From Macrostomum hystrix (lineage: Eukaryota; Animalia; Platyhelminthes): a stretch of 64,000 nt of DNA. Of this stretch, positions 28,529-40,279 are shown one piece after another. The translations under genes were made by a program, and so were the position numbers. The stretch lies in NCBI GenBank assembly GCA_950097015.1, contig CATNEN010000005.1, positions 2,418,001 through 2,482,000 on the forward strand, written 5' to 3'. Numbering within the stretch: position 1 is the first letter of the stretch; each line of letters starts with the position of its first letter. Below the pieces are notes generated by a model, which saw only the letters and a list, made by a program, of their open reading frames with translations, was not told the origin of the DNA and did no database searches.

Positions 28529-31200
28529 TGGATTGCTAATCTATCCCATTTAGAATGAAGGGATAGAATGGATTGCTAATCTATCCCATTTAGAATGAAG
28601 GAATAGAATGGATTGCTAATCTATCCCATTTAGAATGAAGGAATAGAATGGATTGCTAATCTATCCCATTTAGAATGAAGGAATAGAATGGATTGCTAAT
28701 CTATCCTTTTAGAATGAAGGGATAGAATGGATTGCTAATCTATCCCATTTAGAATGAAGGAATATAATGGATTGCTAATCTATCCCATTTAGAATGAAGG
28801 CATAGAATGGATTGCTAATCTATCCCATTTAGAATGAAGGAATATAATGTATTGCCAATCTATCCCATTTAGAATGAAGGCATAGAATGGATTGCTAAAC
28901 TATCCCATTTAGAATGAAGGAATAGAATGGATTGCTAATCTATCCCATTTAGAATGAAGGAATAGAATGGATTGCTAATCTATCCCATTTAGAATGAAGG
29001 CATAGAATGGATTGCTAAACTATCCCATTTAGAATGAAGGAATAGAATGGATTGCTAATCTATCCCATTTAGAATGAAGGAATAGAATGGATTGCTAATC
29101 TATCCCATTTAGAATGAAGGAATAGAATGGATTGCTAATCTATCCCATTTAGAATGAAGGCATAGAATGGATTGCTAATCTATCCCATTTAGAATGAAGG
29201 CATAGAATGGATTGCTAATCTATCCCATTTAGAATGAAGGAATAGAATGGATTGCTAATCTATCCCATTTAGAATGAAGGCATAGAATGGATTGCTAATC
29301 TATCCCATTTAGAATGAAGGCATAGAATGGATTGCTAATCTATCCCATTTAGAATGAAGGCATAGAATGGATTGCTAATCTATCCCATTTAGAATGAAGG
29401 AATAGAATGGATTGCTAATCTATCCCATTTAGAATGACGGAATAGAGTGGATTGCTAATCTATCCTTTTAGAATGAAGGAATAGAATGGATTGCTAATCT
29501 ATCCCATTTAGAATGACGGAATAGAGTGGATTGCTAATCTATCCTTTTAGAATGAAGGAATAGAATGGATTGCTAATCTATCCTTTTAGAATGAAGGAAT
29601 AGAATGGATTGCTAATCTATCCTTTTAGAATGACGGAATAGAGTGGATTGCTAATCTATCCTTTTAGAATGAAGGAATATAATGGATTGCTAATCTATCC
29701 CATTTAGAATGAAGGAATAGAGTGGATTGCTAATCTATCCTTTTAGAATGAAGGAATAGAATGGATTGCTAATCTATCCCATTTAGAATGACGGAATAGA
29801 GTGGATTGCTAATCTATCCTTTTAGAATGAAGGAATATAATGGATTGCTAATCTATCCCATTTAGAATGAAGGAATAGAGTGGATTGCTAATCTATCCTT
29901 TTAGAATGAAGGCATAGAATGGATTGCTAATCTATCCCATTTAGAATGAAGGAATAGAATGGATTGCTAATCTATCCCATTTAGAATGACGGAATAGAGT
30001 GGATTGCTAATCTATCCTTTTAGAATGAAGGAATAGAATGGATTGCTAATCTATCCCATTTAGAATGACGGAATAGAGTGGATTGCTAATCTATCCTTTT
30101 AGAATGAAGGAATAGAATGGATTGCTAATCTATCCTTTTAGAATGAAGGAATAGAATGGATTGCTAATCTATCCTTTTAGAATGACGGAATAGAGTGGAT
30201 TGCTAATCTATCCTTTTAGAATGAAGGAATATAATGGATTGCTAATCTATCCCATTTAGAATGAAGGAATAGAATGGATTGCTAATCTATCCCATTTCGA
30301 ATGAAGGAATAGAATGGATTGCTAATCTATCCCATTTAGAATGAAGGCATAGAATGGATTGCTAATCTATCCCATTTCGAATGAAGGAATAGAATGGATT
30401 GCTAATCTATCCCATTTAGAATGAAGGAATAGAATGGATTGCCAATCTATCCCATTTAGAATGAAGGCATAGAATGGATTGCTAAACTATCCCATTTAGA
30501 ATGAAGGAATAGAATGGATTGCTAATCTATCCCATTTAGAATGAAGGGATAGAATGGATTGCTAATCTATCCCATTTAGAATGAAGGAATAGAATGGATT
30601 GCTAATCTATCCCATTTAGAACGAAGGAATAGAATGGATTGCTAATCTATCCCATTTAGAATGAAGGGATAGAATGGATTGCTAATCTATCCCATTTCGA
30701 ATGAAGGAATAGAATGGATTGCTAATCTATCCCATTTAGAATGAAGGAATAGAATGGATTGCCAATCTATCCCATTTAGAATGAAGGCATAGAATGAATT
30801 GCTAAACTATCCCATTTAGAACGAAGGAATAGAATGGATTGCTAATCTATCCCATTTAGAATGAAGGGATAGAATGGATTGCTAATCTATCCTTTTAGAA
30901 TGAAGGGATAGAATGGATTGCTAATCTATCCCATTTAGAATGAAGGCATAGAATGGATTGCTAATCTATCCCATTTAGAATGAAGGGGTAGAATGGATTG
31001 CCAATCTATCCCATTTAGAATGAAGGGATAGAATGGATTGCTAATCTATCCCATTTAGAATGAAAGCTTAGAATGGATTGCTAATCTATTCCATTTAGAA
31101 TGAAGGAATAGAATGGATTGCTAATCTATTCTTTTAGAATGAAGGAATAGAATGGATTGCTAATCTATTCTTTTAGAATGAAGGAATAGAACTAATTGCT
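28529..31200. repeat. 40-bp (39-bp variant) tandem satellite, ~67 copies, inverted relative of the 44-bp satellite
   Basis: Unit TGGATTGCTAATCTATCCCATTTAGAATGAAGGAATAGAA. Its reverse complement contains GATTAGCAATCCATTCTA, versus GACTAGCAATCCATTCTA in the 44-mer. Confidence 0.98.
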
Positions 31201-32962
31201 AATTTAGATAAAGGAATGCATTTATTTAGGATCTATTTAGTAATTTAATAGCAATATATTCTAGATATTCTCATATATATTGTAGACTAGACAAGCAATG
31301 TATTCTAATTATTGCTAATTGCTAACCTTCCAGATTAGTGATGTAATTTAATCTATTTGTTTAAAATGAACTCATTTGTCTATGTATATAAGTAGTGTAC
31401 GTTGGGTTAAATAACTAACAAAATAGCAAAAGTGTCTCAATTACTCATATAAAAATAATTAGATTATAACTAATTGACTCAATTTTTCAAAAAGATGAAA
31501 GAAGCAATTTAACTTGAAAACTGGAAAAATAGACAGAAAAAAAACTATTTTATTTAAATGATTTGAAATGGCAGCTTGATATAATGCGTTAAGCCGGCAG
31601 ATTGGCTAAACAACAGACACTTAAAAATACGACAAGAAAACTTTAACAACACAGAAAGATGAAGCAATTGTAAAACTGGAATATAAACCAAGGAACATTG
31701 CGGAAATGTTTAGAAAATATAACAAATAGACTACTGTTGTATGTTGTAAGTATTTGGAAATGCATTTATAAAAACACTGTTGTAAGAGATTGAATGGGTG
31801 TGGTAGTATAAATATAGTTTAAAAAGTGTTTAATAAATAGACAGATAAAGTACGGCTTGTACTTAGAAATTGATTGGCCAAAATATGGGGGAAAAAGTTG
31901 TAGAAAAAAAATGCTAGCATTTGAGCACATTTAATACAGAGTAGGAGTAGCACAGTGCCTAGACTATTGTTGTAGCTGCAAATAGCTCCTTTTCAAAAGA
32001 CGGATTCAAACTTGAAGAGATTTTTGGGGTAAAGAAGTGCAAGAGACGGGGTGAGAAGTGGGAGACAAGGGGAAGAAGGGGAGAGAATAGAGTGAGAGGG
32101 GGAGAGAACAGAGAGAGAAGGGGATAATTGGAAGAGAAGAGAAAAATGAGATTTGAAGTGAAGTACATAAAAGAAGTAAGAATATTAGCTTAACTAACAT
32201 CAGCATTTGCGTGTTAAGCTAGTTAAGTTAGGCTTGGTCGCAAATCGCTGTTAACAACAATTTCAAAATCCAGATCAGGATTTGATTACAAAAATGCGCA
32301 AATTGAACAAAAAAACTAGGATTAGCAACGAAAACAGCGCGCAAAAATGAAAACACAAATAAAAAAAAATAAAAAATAGTAAAAACTGGCAACGCGAAAT
32401 TAATTAAACGACAAAACTAGGCTTCCCGATAATGCTTTTCCGATAATGATTGCTGCTTAGGGGAAAACTGTGTGACTTTTCTCACAGATTAAGTAGCGAA
32501 TTGGGCGCGAATTGCGCTGGGACGAAAAACTGTCCTACTTCGCTTCAGGAAGGCTTCAGAGGAATTAAAAAAATATATATCTAACCAACTTATTCAGTCT
32601 AATGAATTAAATTCATTCAATTTAATTTAAGAAATTTGTCCAAGTTTTCGTAAATTACACTAGCTTGCAGCCAAATTAATAAGCAGTACGAAAATTTTTT
32701 TATTGCTAATAAACCATGTAAAACACCGTGTTAGTTAAACTTTTTTAAGGTATCTGGTCTTGAGACAAACTATTTTTTAATTGCATAAGCCGTTCTTAAA
32801 ATTGGTCTGACCAATTCACAGATTGGTCAAGCCAACTTACAGATTGTTCAAACCAATTTAGACATAGGTAAAAATAAGCTCCCTGTGCAAAAAAGTTTTA
32901 TGATTACTCGGTTTTAACAAGAATCAATAGAAAAAAACTTTTAAGCTAGATAATGATATAAA

Positions 32963-35900
32963 TCAGGCATCGATAGCTTTGACGTAAATCTCAGCGTAGG
33001 GAGCAGCCTGACGAAGGCGAACTCGACGCATCTTGGCCAACTCTGTCAGATTATTTGGGCAGTTTTTTTTGTTGCGATCATGATCGAGAAATGCTACTTA
33101 ATGAGTAGAGTATTTAGACCAAAAATATTTACCGAGCAGTCCAGCAAAAGCTCTGGCAGCCTCCTTCCTCGTGATGCTGTCTGGCGGGCAGAGTAATGAA
33201 AATGGTCGATAATCTTCGCCGATTTCGCTGCCTTGGTCTGAAACATGCTGCCATTGCTGAGAACGACGAATTTCTTCCATCAGCAGTTCGTGATCTTGCG
33301 ACAGACGTGGCCTACAAACATAAGATAAATAATAATAAGAAAAAGAATTGCAAATCAGAGCGGAACCCACAATAGAAGAACACGAATTAGACAAATGCCC
33401 TCAGACCTGAATGCCAAGAATATTAGCACCAGGTAGGTTATAAACTTTACCCCATTTGATCTCTAGCTGCATCACTTTGAGCAGCGAAATCATTGTGGGA
33501 TGCACTCCTATATCATCATTTGGGCAAAGTAGAAAGACGAGTAAGGTGAATTGGTCAAGCCAATTAGTAAATTTGTCAAGCCAATTAGTAAATTTTGTCA
33601 AGCCAATTTTTAAATTGGTCAAGCCAATTTGTAAATTGGTCAAGCCAATTAGTAAATTGGTCAAGCCAATTAGTAAATTGGTCAAGCCAATTTGTAAATT
33701 GGTCAAGCCAATTTGTAAATTGGTCAAGCCAATTAGTAAATTGGTCAAGCCAATTTGTAAATTGGTCAAGCCAATTTGTGAATTGGTCAAGCCAATTAGT
33801 AAATTTGTCAAGCCAATTTATAAATTGGTGAAGCCAATTTGTAAATTGGTCAAGTCAAAATCTGAATTTGTGAAACACACCTTTCGGCTTCGGCGACAAA
33901 AGAAGCAAAGACATCCTCAGGCGGAGGCGGCGGCTGCAAAAATAATTCTTCAAACAAAGGCGGCTGAGCCGGAGCCGGCGGTGTCATATTTGAAGGCTCC
34001 TGCGCCGTCGGCTGCTGTTCTTGCTGCTCCGGCGGCTGCGGTTCCGGTGGAGCAACCTCGGACTGGATAACCGTAGGATGTCGAAGCAGTTCCTCGCTGA
34101 TGCGAGGCAGATTTTGTCCGCTCTGGAGCGAAATTATCGACAAATTTAGGGCCGACAGGCGAGCGCTCGGCCGGCCTCCAGTTGAAATACGGGGCCGCTC
34201 CAGCTCGCAAACTGGCTAGAAAAAAATGAAGTTGTAGTAACAAACAACTATTATACGAGCGTAGTATTGCGTAAAAATCTAAATCGATCAAGTCATTTAC
34301 ATAAGGGAGCTTCTAGCCTGGTGATTAAGGCCTCGGACTACTGATAGGTCGCGAGTTCGAAACATAACACAAAGGAAATCAGCTAGGGTATAAAACTTGG
34401 TGTTTGTCCATGGACTGTACATCTGGTCTAACTGGGTCAAAGTATGACCCAATAGAGTCACACGGAAAAATCCAAATCTAAATTCTAATGACAATGTTCC
34501 TCACCTGGGGCACATAATGAGCACTCTCCTCTCGCTTGTGCTCCCAGAGTTGCACCAGCCGTTCGGACATTGGCTGCCGGCCCGGCCTTAGCAACAGGCT
34601 GGCAGCGTCCGAGCTGCTCATAGCCGCAGATCGCACACCTTTGGAGGGAGGCGGCAGAGCCAGGGGCTTCAGCAATTCGTTGCCGTGCTCCATATTCCAA
34701 CGCAGTCGGCGACTATTAAATTTAGTCAGGCCGTCAACAATGAGTAAGCGAGGCTTCTGATGAACCGGCTGCTGTTGCTTTTGCTGCTGCTGCTGCCTAC
34801 GAGGCTGCAATGGCTGGAGTTCAATCTGCAGTAAGGGCAGTGCCAGCCTAGTAGCAGTGGGAGCGGCGGTGGCAGCATCTGGATCAGCTGGAACCTGATT
34901 CTCCTGACCATCTTCGGGTTGACGCGCCGGCTCTGGCGGCGGCGTTCGCGGTGTCTGCAGCGCCTCCAGCGTTGGATCCATCGCAGGCGGTGGCGCCGGC
35001 GGCGGCGACTGACGATCAGCGGCACTGGAAATTGAAACAAAGTGCTCTAAATCTGAGGGCATGAAAATAGATCATAGATGTTTAGATGAATCTCAGTTCA
35101 TTGATCGGAGGTCTCTAGATGAATCTCAGTTTATAGATAAAAAATCTCTAGATGAATCTTAGCTTATAGATCAGAGATCTCTAGATGAATCTTAATTTAT
35201 AGATCTGAGTTTTCTAGATGAATCTCAGTTTATAGATCAGATATCTCTAGATGAATCTTAGCTTATAGATCAGAGATCTGAAGATTACATTAAGCAATTA
35301 AACGGCGCCAACGAAGCCCAAGATAAATTGTATGAAAAAAAATCTAAACTCACGATACAATGGACACTCCGCCAGCTATGGTGGTCCCTAACTGCGGAAA
35401 GTCTGCCGTAACATCCCGCGGCATTTCTACATCGGCGACAACGTCGATTGTTGTGGACGGTGGAGGAGGCTCCTCGACTGCTGGTAAATCTTCGGCCTTG
35501 CGCTTTCCGCGACGACTGGCACGCTGCTGCTGCTGGTCCAGCTGCTCCTGTTGTTCGCAAAGTTGTCGCTCAAAGTCTCCAGCCGGAAATAGAAGATTTT
35601 CGCCAGCTTTCAGTCGGTTAAAAATAGTGCTGAGATCCAACGGTGGCATATCCTCAGCTGGCAGTGACGGCAGCTCTTCTCCCTGCCGCTGCTGCTGTTG
35701 CTGTCAGGACGAATTGAAAATACAATGTTACAGGTAAAGAAATAATTGGCCAGCAGATACAGGCTAGCCTGAAGTGATAGAATACAGGCTAGCCTGAAGT
35801 GACTGAGGACAGCTAGCCTGAAGTGACTGAGGACAGCTAGCCTGAAGTGACCGATGACAGCTAGCCTGAAGTGACCGATGACAGCTAGCCTGAAGTGACC

Positions 35901-38900
35901 GATGACAGCTAGCCTGAAGTGACCGATGACAGCTAGCCTGAAGTGACTGAGGATAGCTAGCCTGAAGTGACAGCACAGCTAGCCTGAAGTGATAGAATAC
36001 AGGCTAGCCTGAAGTGACTAAGGATAGCTAGCCTGAAGTGACTGAAGACAGCTAGCCTGAAGTGACTGAGGACAGCTAGCCTGAAGAGAACAGTTGGACA
36101 AGAAGGACACTAATTACAAAGTACCTCCAGAAGACCGCGTCGATTCTGCTTTGGCCTAGCGGGTGTCATAGTGGTGTCCGCTCCCAGATCTTTGGTCGGT
36201 GTAGCCCCAATCGCGCCCGTATCCGAGGGCAGATCGCTGCCTAACAGAAACGTCTGACTGGCAGACGGTTCTAGAGCGAAGCTTGTGTCCAGAATGGTGA
36301 TGTCCTCTTGTCTGGCAGTGAATCTGGCGTTGACAAGGATTGCGCGAACATTAGGTCAAAGATAAAATGGGTCAAAAATACAGGTGGGTCAATAAGAATG
36401 GTGGGTCAATAAGACCGGTGGGTCAATAAGACTGGTGGGTCAATAAGACCGGTGGGTCAATAAGACTGGTGGGTCAATAAGACTGGTGGGTCAATAAGAC
36501 CGGTGGGTCAATAAGACCGGTGGGTCAATAAGACCGGTGGGTCAATCAGATTAAAGGGTCAATAAGACTGGTGGGTCAATAAGACCGGTGGGTCAATAAG
36601 ACCGGTGGGTCAATAAGACCGGTGGGTCAATAAGACCGGTGGGTCAATCCGATTAAAGGGTCAATAACACTGGTGGGTCAATAACATCAATGGGTTAGTA
36701 CAATACTGCTGTGATATGACTAAACCAGTCTAGTGTTCTGGTTCCAGAAGACTAAAGTTCGGATCAACCAACCTGGTGTAAGACGAATCGCCTCGGCCTC
36801 GCCCGCCGCCATCGCCGCCTCGACGCAGCTCAGCGAATTCCAGATCTTCTGGCAGGCTGAGTCGCATAAAATCGATATTCTGCTTGGCCAATTCGTCGCC
36901 ATCGGCTGCCGCGAATGATTGCAACTGCTGCAGCTGATGAATATTGACACCGGCAGCTTCGGCTACAAGAGAGATATCCAACTCGAATGGCTGCTGACGA
37001 ATGGAGGTGGGACCGGCGCCAGTTTTGCCACCGGGTCTGCCAGTTTATTGACGATTATTCAGAATATTAGTTTGTATTCTGACTTGACTTTCTCATTTCT
37101 TAAGGTCAGGGTCTTGATTCTCGTCTCGACTAGAATAATTTGTGTCCTTTATTGTGGCAATTGTGGCGTGTACCCTGTACAATGTACATGGACTGAACAG
37201 CCATGTCTGTCGGTTGTTTGTCCGGTCCAACTTGGGAAGTTGTACAAATTACTACCATAATAATTACAATCCTACTGTGCCTTGGGGGTTGACCCATAGA
37301 TTGTACAACAAGCCCCTTAAAGCCTCTCTTCTTCCATTAACAAATAAACAGCTGAATAGTTAACTAACGAAGTAGTACTTACAAAAACAACCATGCGTCA
37401 GTGTCATTAACAATACGTTATCAATTATGTCAACCAATGTGCATAAATAAACAAACGAAACAACAAATGTTAACGGATTTTATCACAAACCTGCGAGCGT
37501 CTGGTCGCCACGAGCGACAACAACGCTTGTAAAATTCGGCAGTTTCCTCTGTTTTAAAAAGAAAAACATTGGGGGTAAAATTACTATCTATGCGTAAAGA
37601 TCGTGAATTATAGCGCAAATAATGTGGTGCATTAAAATATTTTTTGTTTGAATAAATATGGTTTCTAAATACGAGTTAGAGAATTAGTAATTAATTCGTA
37701 ATTAGTTAGAGTTTCTACAAAAATCACTAGCAAATATATTTGGTAGGTGCGTGGGGCATGGCTTGTGTGATGAAATATGAGTAGGATTGGCTAGGGCTTG
37801 TGTACATTGGGGATAAGTAGGATTGGCCAGGGCTTGTGTACATTGGGGATAAGTAGGATTGGCCAGGGCTTGTGTACATTGGGGATAAGTAGGATTGGCC
37901 AGGGCTTGTGTACATTGGGGATAAGTAGGATTGGCCAGGGCTTGTGTACATTGGGGATGAGTAGGATTGGCTAGGGCTTGTGTACATTGGGGATGAGTAG
38001 GATTGGCCAGGGCTTGTGTACATTGGGGATAAGTAGGATTGGCCAGGGCTTGTGTACATTGGGGATAAGTAGGATTGGCCAGGGCTTGTGTACATTGGGG
38101 ATGAGTAGGATTGGCTAGGGCTTGTGTACATTGGGGATGAGTAGGATTGGCCAGGGCTTGTGTACATTGGGGATGAGTAGGATTCGCTAGGGCTTGTGTA
38201 CATTGGGGATGAGTAGGATTGGCTAGGGCTTGTGTACATTGGGGATGAGTAGGATTGGCCAGGGCTTGTGTACATTGGGGATGAGTAGGATTCGCTAGGG
38301 CTTGTGTACATTGGGGATGAGTAGGATTCGCTAGGGCTTGTGTACATTGGGGATGAGTAGGATTGGCCAGGGCTTGTGTACATTGGGGATGAGTAGGATT
38401 GGCCAGGGCTTGTGTACATTAGGGGTGAGTAGGATTGGCTAGGGCTTGTGTACATTGGGGATGAGTAGGATTGGCTAGGGCTTGTGTACATTAGGGGTGA
38501 GTAGGATTGGCTAGGGCTTGTGTACATTGGGGATGAGTAGGATTGGCTAGGGCTTGTGTACATTGGGGATGAGTAGGATTGGCTAGGGCTTGTGTACATT
38601 AGGGATGAGTAGGATTGGCCAGGGCTTGTGTACATTGGGGATGAGTAGGATTGGCTAGGGCTTGTGTACATTGGGGATGAGTAGGATTCGCTAGGGCTTG
38701 TGTACATTGGGGATGAGTAGGATTGGCTAGGGCTTGTGTACATTGGGGATGAGTAGGATTCGCTAGGGCTTGTGTACATTAGGGGTGAGTAGGATTGGCT
38801 AGGGCTTGTGTACATTGGGGATGAGTAGGATTGGCTAGGGCTTGTGTACATTGGGGATGAGTAGGATTGGCTAGGGCTTGTGTACATTAGGGATGAGTAG

Positions 38901-40212
38901 GATTGGCTAGGGCTTGTGTACATTGGGGATGAGTAGGATTGGCTAGGGCTTGTGTACATTGGGGATGAGTAGGATTGGCCAGGGCTTGTGTACATTGGGG
39001 ATGAGTAGGATTGGCTAGGGCTTGTGTACATTAGGGATGAGTAGGATTGGCCAGGGCTTGTGTACATTAGGGGTGAGTAGGATTGGCTAGGGCTTGTGTA
39101 CATTGGGGATGAGTAGGATTGGCTAGGGCTTGTGTACATTGGGGATGAGTAGGATTGGCTAGGGCTTGTGTACATTAGGGATGAGTAGGATTGGCCAGGG
39201 CTTGTGTACATTGGGGATGAGTAGGATTGGCTAGGGCTTGTGTACATTAGGGATGAGTAGGATTGGCCAGGGCTTGTGTACATTGGGGATGAGTAGGATT
39301 GGCTAGGGCTTGTGTACATTGGGGATGAGTAGGATTCGCTAGGGCTTGTGTACATTAGGGGTGAGTAGGATTGGCTAGGGCTTGTGTACATTGGGGATGA
39401 GTAGGATTGGCTAGGGCTTGTGTACATTGGGGATGAGTAGGATTGGCTAGGGCTTGTGTACATTAGGGATGAGTAGGATTGGCCAGGGCTTGTGTACATT
39501 GGGGATGAGTAGGATTGGCTAGGGCTTGTGTACATTGGGGATGAGTGGGGTTGATCAGGGGTGGTGTAAACTCAGGCAGTGGAGTTGGTTAGAGCTTGTG
39601 TACATTGGGAATGAGTAGTATTGGCCAGGGCTTGTGTACATTCAGGGCTGGTGTACATTAGGGGTGTGGGGTTAGGCACATGGGAATAGCTGTTGCTGTA
39701 TTGATAATGTACATTGGGGAGATAATTATAGCAGAAAATGTAATGAATTAGCAGAAGTTAAAGCATGCATTTACTAAGTAAATATAAACTTTTTTTCCGA
39801 CATGGATATAAAAACGAGTATATTTTCCTATTATTAAAAAAATGAATACAGAACCTAATGACAAAAAAGTTAAAATGAAGACTCACTCTCAAGCCAGACG
39901 ACTTTCAATTGGAATACAACGCATGCTCCGTTCATGAGCAGAGCGCTCAAATACAATGAGTAGCGACGACTGCTCTGTTCGCAGATTTCCGCCAGCAATT
40001 CCTGACTGTAAGAAACAATGGAAACTAGCTTTTAATTAATCATTTCGTGCTATAGAACATAATTAGCATTGACGCAGCTGTGCAACTTACCATGTGACGC
40101 TAATATCACAAGACAGGTAATCCTTCGGCTTAATAGACTGTCGCGTAGCGCCTAACCAAATCAAGGCAAATTTGCCTTTCTTAACCGACAGCAATTCGTG
40201 ATTGTAAAACAT
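32963..40212 (-). CDS. REC8: Rad21/Rec8-family alpha-kleisin cohesin subunit, most likely meiotic REC8; 11 coding exons, ~759 aa
   Basis: Phase-consistent GT-AG exons: 40212-40091, 40005-39887, 37548-37491, 37036-36773, 36323-36125, 35700-35354, 35024-34505, 34215-33881, 33507-33451 (weakest), 33311-33133, 33042-32963 (TGA); total 2280 nt. The N-terminus MFYNHELLSVKKGKFALIWLGAT...YSLYLSALLMNGACVVF is the Rad21_Rec8_N domain. A central LLIVD...PPPSK segment matches the Scc3/STAG-binding region. The C-terminal winged helix reads TRKEAARAFAGLLELAKMRRVRLRQAAPYAEIYV. Family assignment is secure; REC8 versus RAD21/RAD21L rests on the recalled SLYLSA motif. Confidence 0.88.
33549..33855. repeat. 21-bp minisatellite (~14 copies) in a REC8 intron
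   Basis: Unit AATTGGTCAAGCCAATT(A/T)GTA lies inside intron 33508-33880 and explains the repetitive ORFs at 33401-34070. Confidence 0.95.
35083..35280. repeat. 33-bp minisatellite (~6 copies) in a REC8 intron
   Basis: Unit approx. TAGATGAATCTCAGTTTATAGATCAGAGATCTC, inside intron 35025-35353. Confidence 0.9.
35758..36086. repeat. 24-bp minisatellite (~13 copies) in a REC8 intron
   Basis: Unit GACAGCTAGCCTGAAGTGAC(C/T)GA(T/G), inside intron 35701-36124. Confidence 0.95.
36383..36686. repeat. 17-bp minisatellite (~18 copies) in a REC8 intron
   Basis: Unit GGTGGGTCAATAAGAC(C/T), inside intron 36324-36772. Confidence 0.95.
37780..39660. repeat. 36-bp minisatellite (~50 copies) in REC8 intron 2
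   Basis: Unit GAGTAGGATTGGC(T/C)AGGGCTTGTGTACATTGGGGAT, inside intron 37549-39886. It produces the 602-aa (MYTSPSQSYSSP)n ORF. Confidence 0.98.
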
Positions 40213-40226
40213 GCCGATTGCCTGAG

Positions 40227-40256
40227 CTGGAAAAGTGCATTAGAATAGGAAAACAC
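40227..40256 (-). promoter_or_regulatory. 3' splice acceptor 14 nt upstream of the REC8 ATG (candidate trans-splice site or 5'UTR intron end)
   Basis: The minus strand reads GTTTTCCTATTCTAATGCACTTTTCCAG|CTCAGGCAATCGGC-ATG, with a CTAAT branch-like motif and a pyrimidine tract. Confidence 0.65.
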
Positions 40257-40279
40257 TGTACTACTGCAGAAAAGTCACC

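Noticed and set aside
1-31200. CRISPR array
   Set aside because: The monomers are contiguous with no unique spacers, the context is eukaryotic, and there are no cas genes.
28529-31200. Resemblance of GAATG/CCATT to human satellite II/III
   Set aside because: Only a pentamer is shared, which is insufficient for homology or function.
33401-34070. Repetitive ORFs (IGLTNLQ)n, (LVKPICK)n and (NWSSQFV)n
   Set aside because: They are read-throughs of the 21-bp intronic array, and the REC8 exons splice around it in phase.
37084-37129. Possible extra REC8 micro-exon (ETRIKTLTLRNEKVK)
   Set aside because: Its phase is incompatible with the upstream exon, whereas 37491 splices directly to 37036 in phase.
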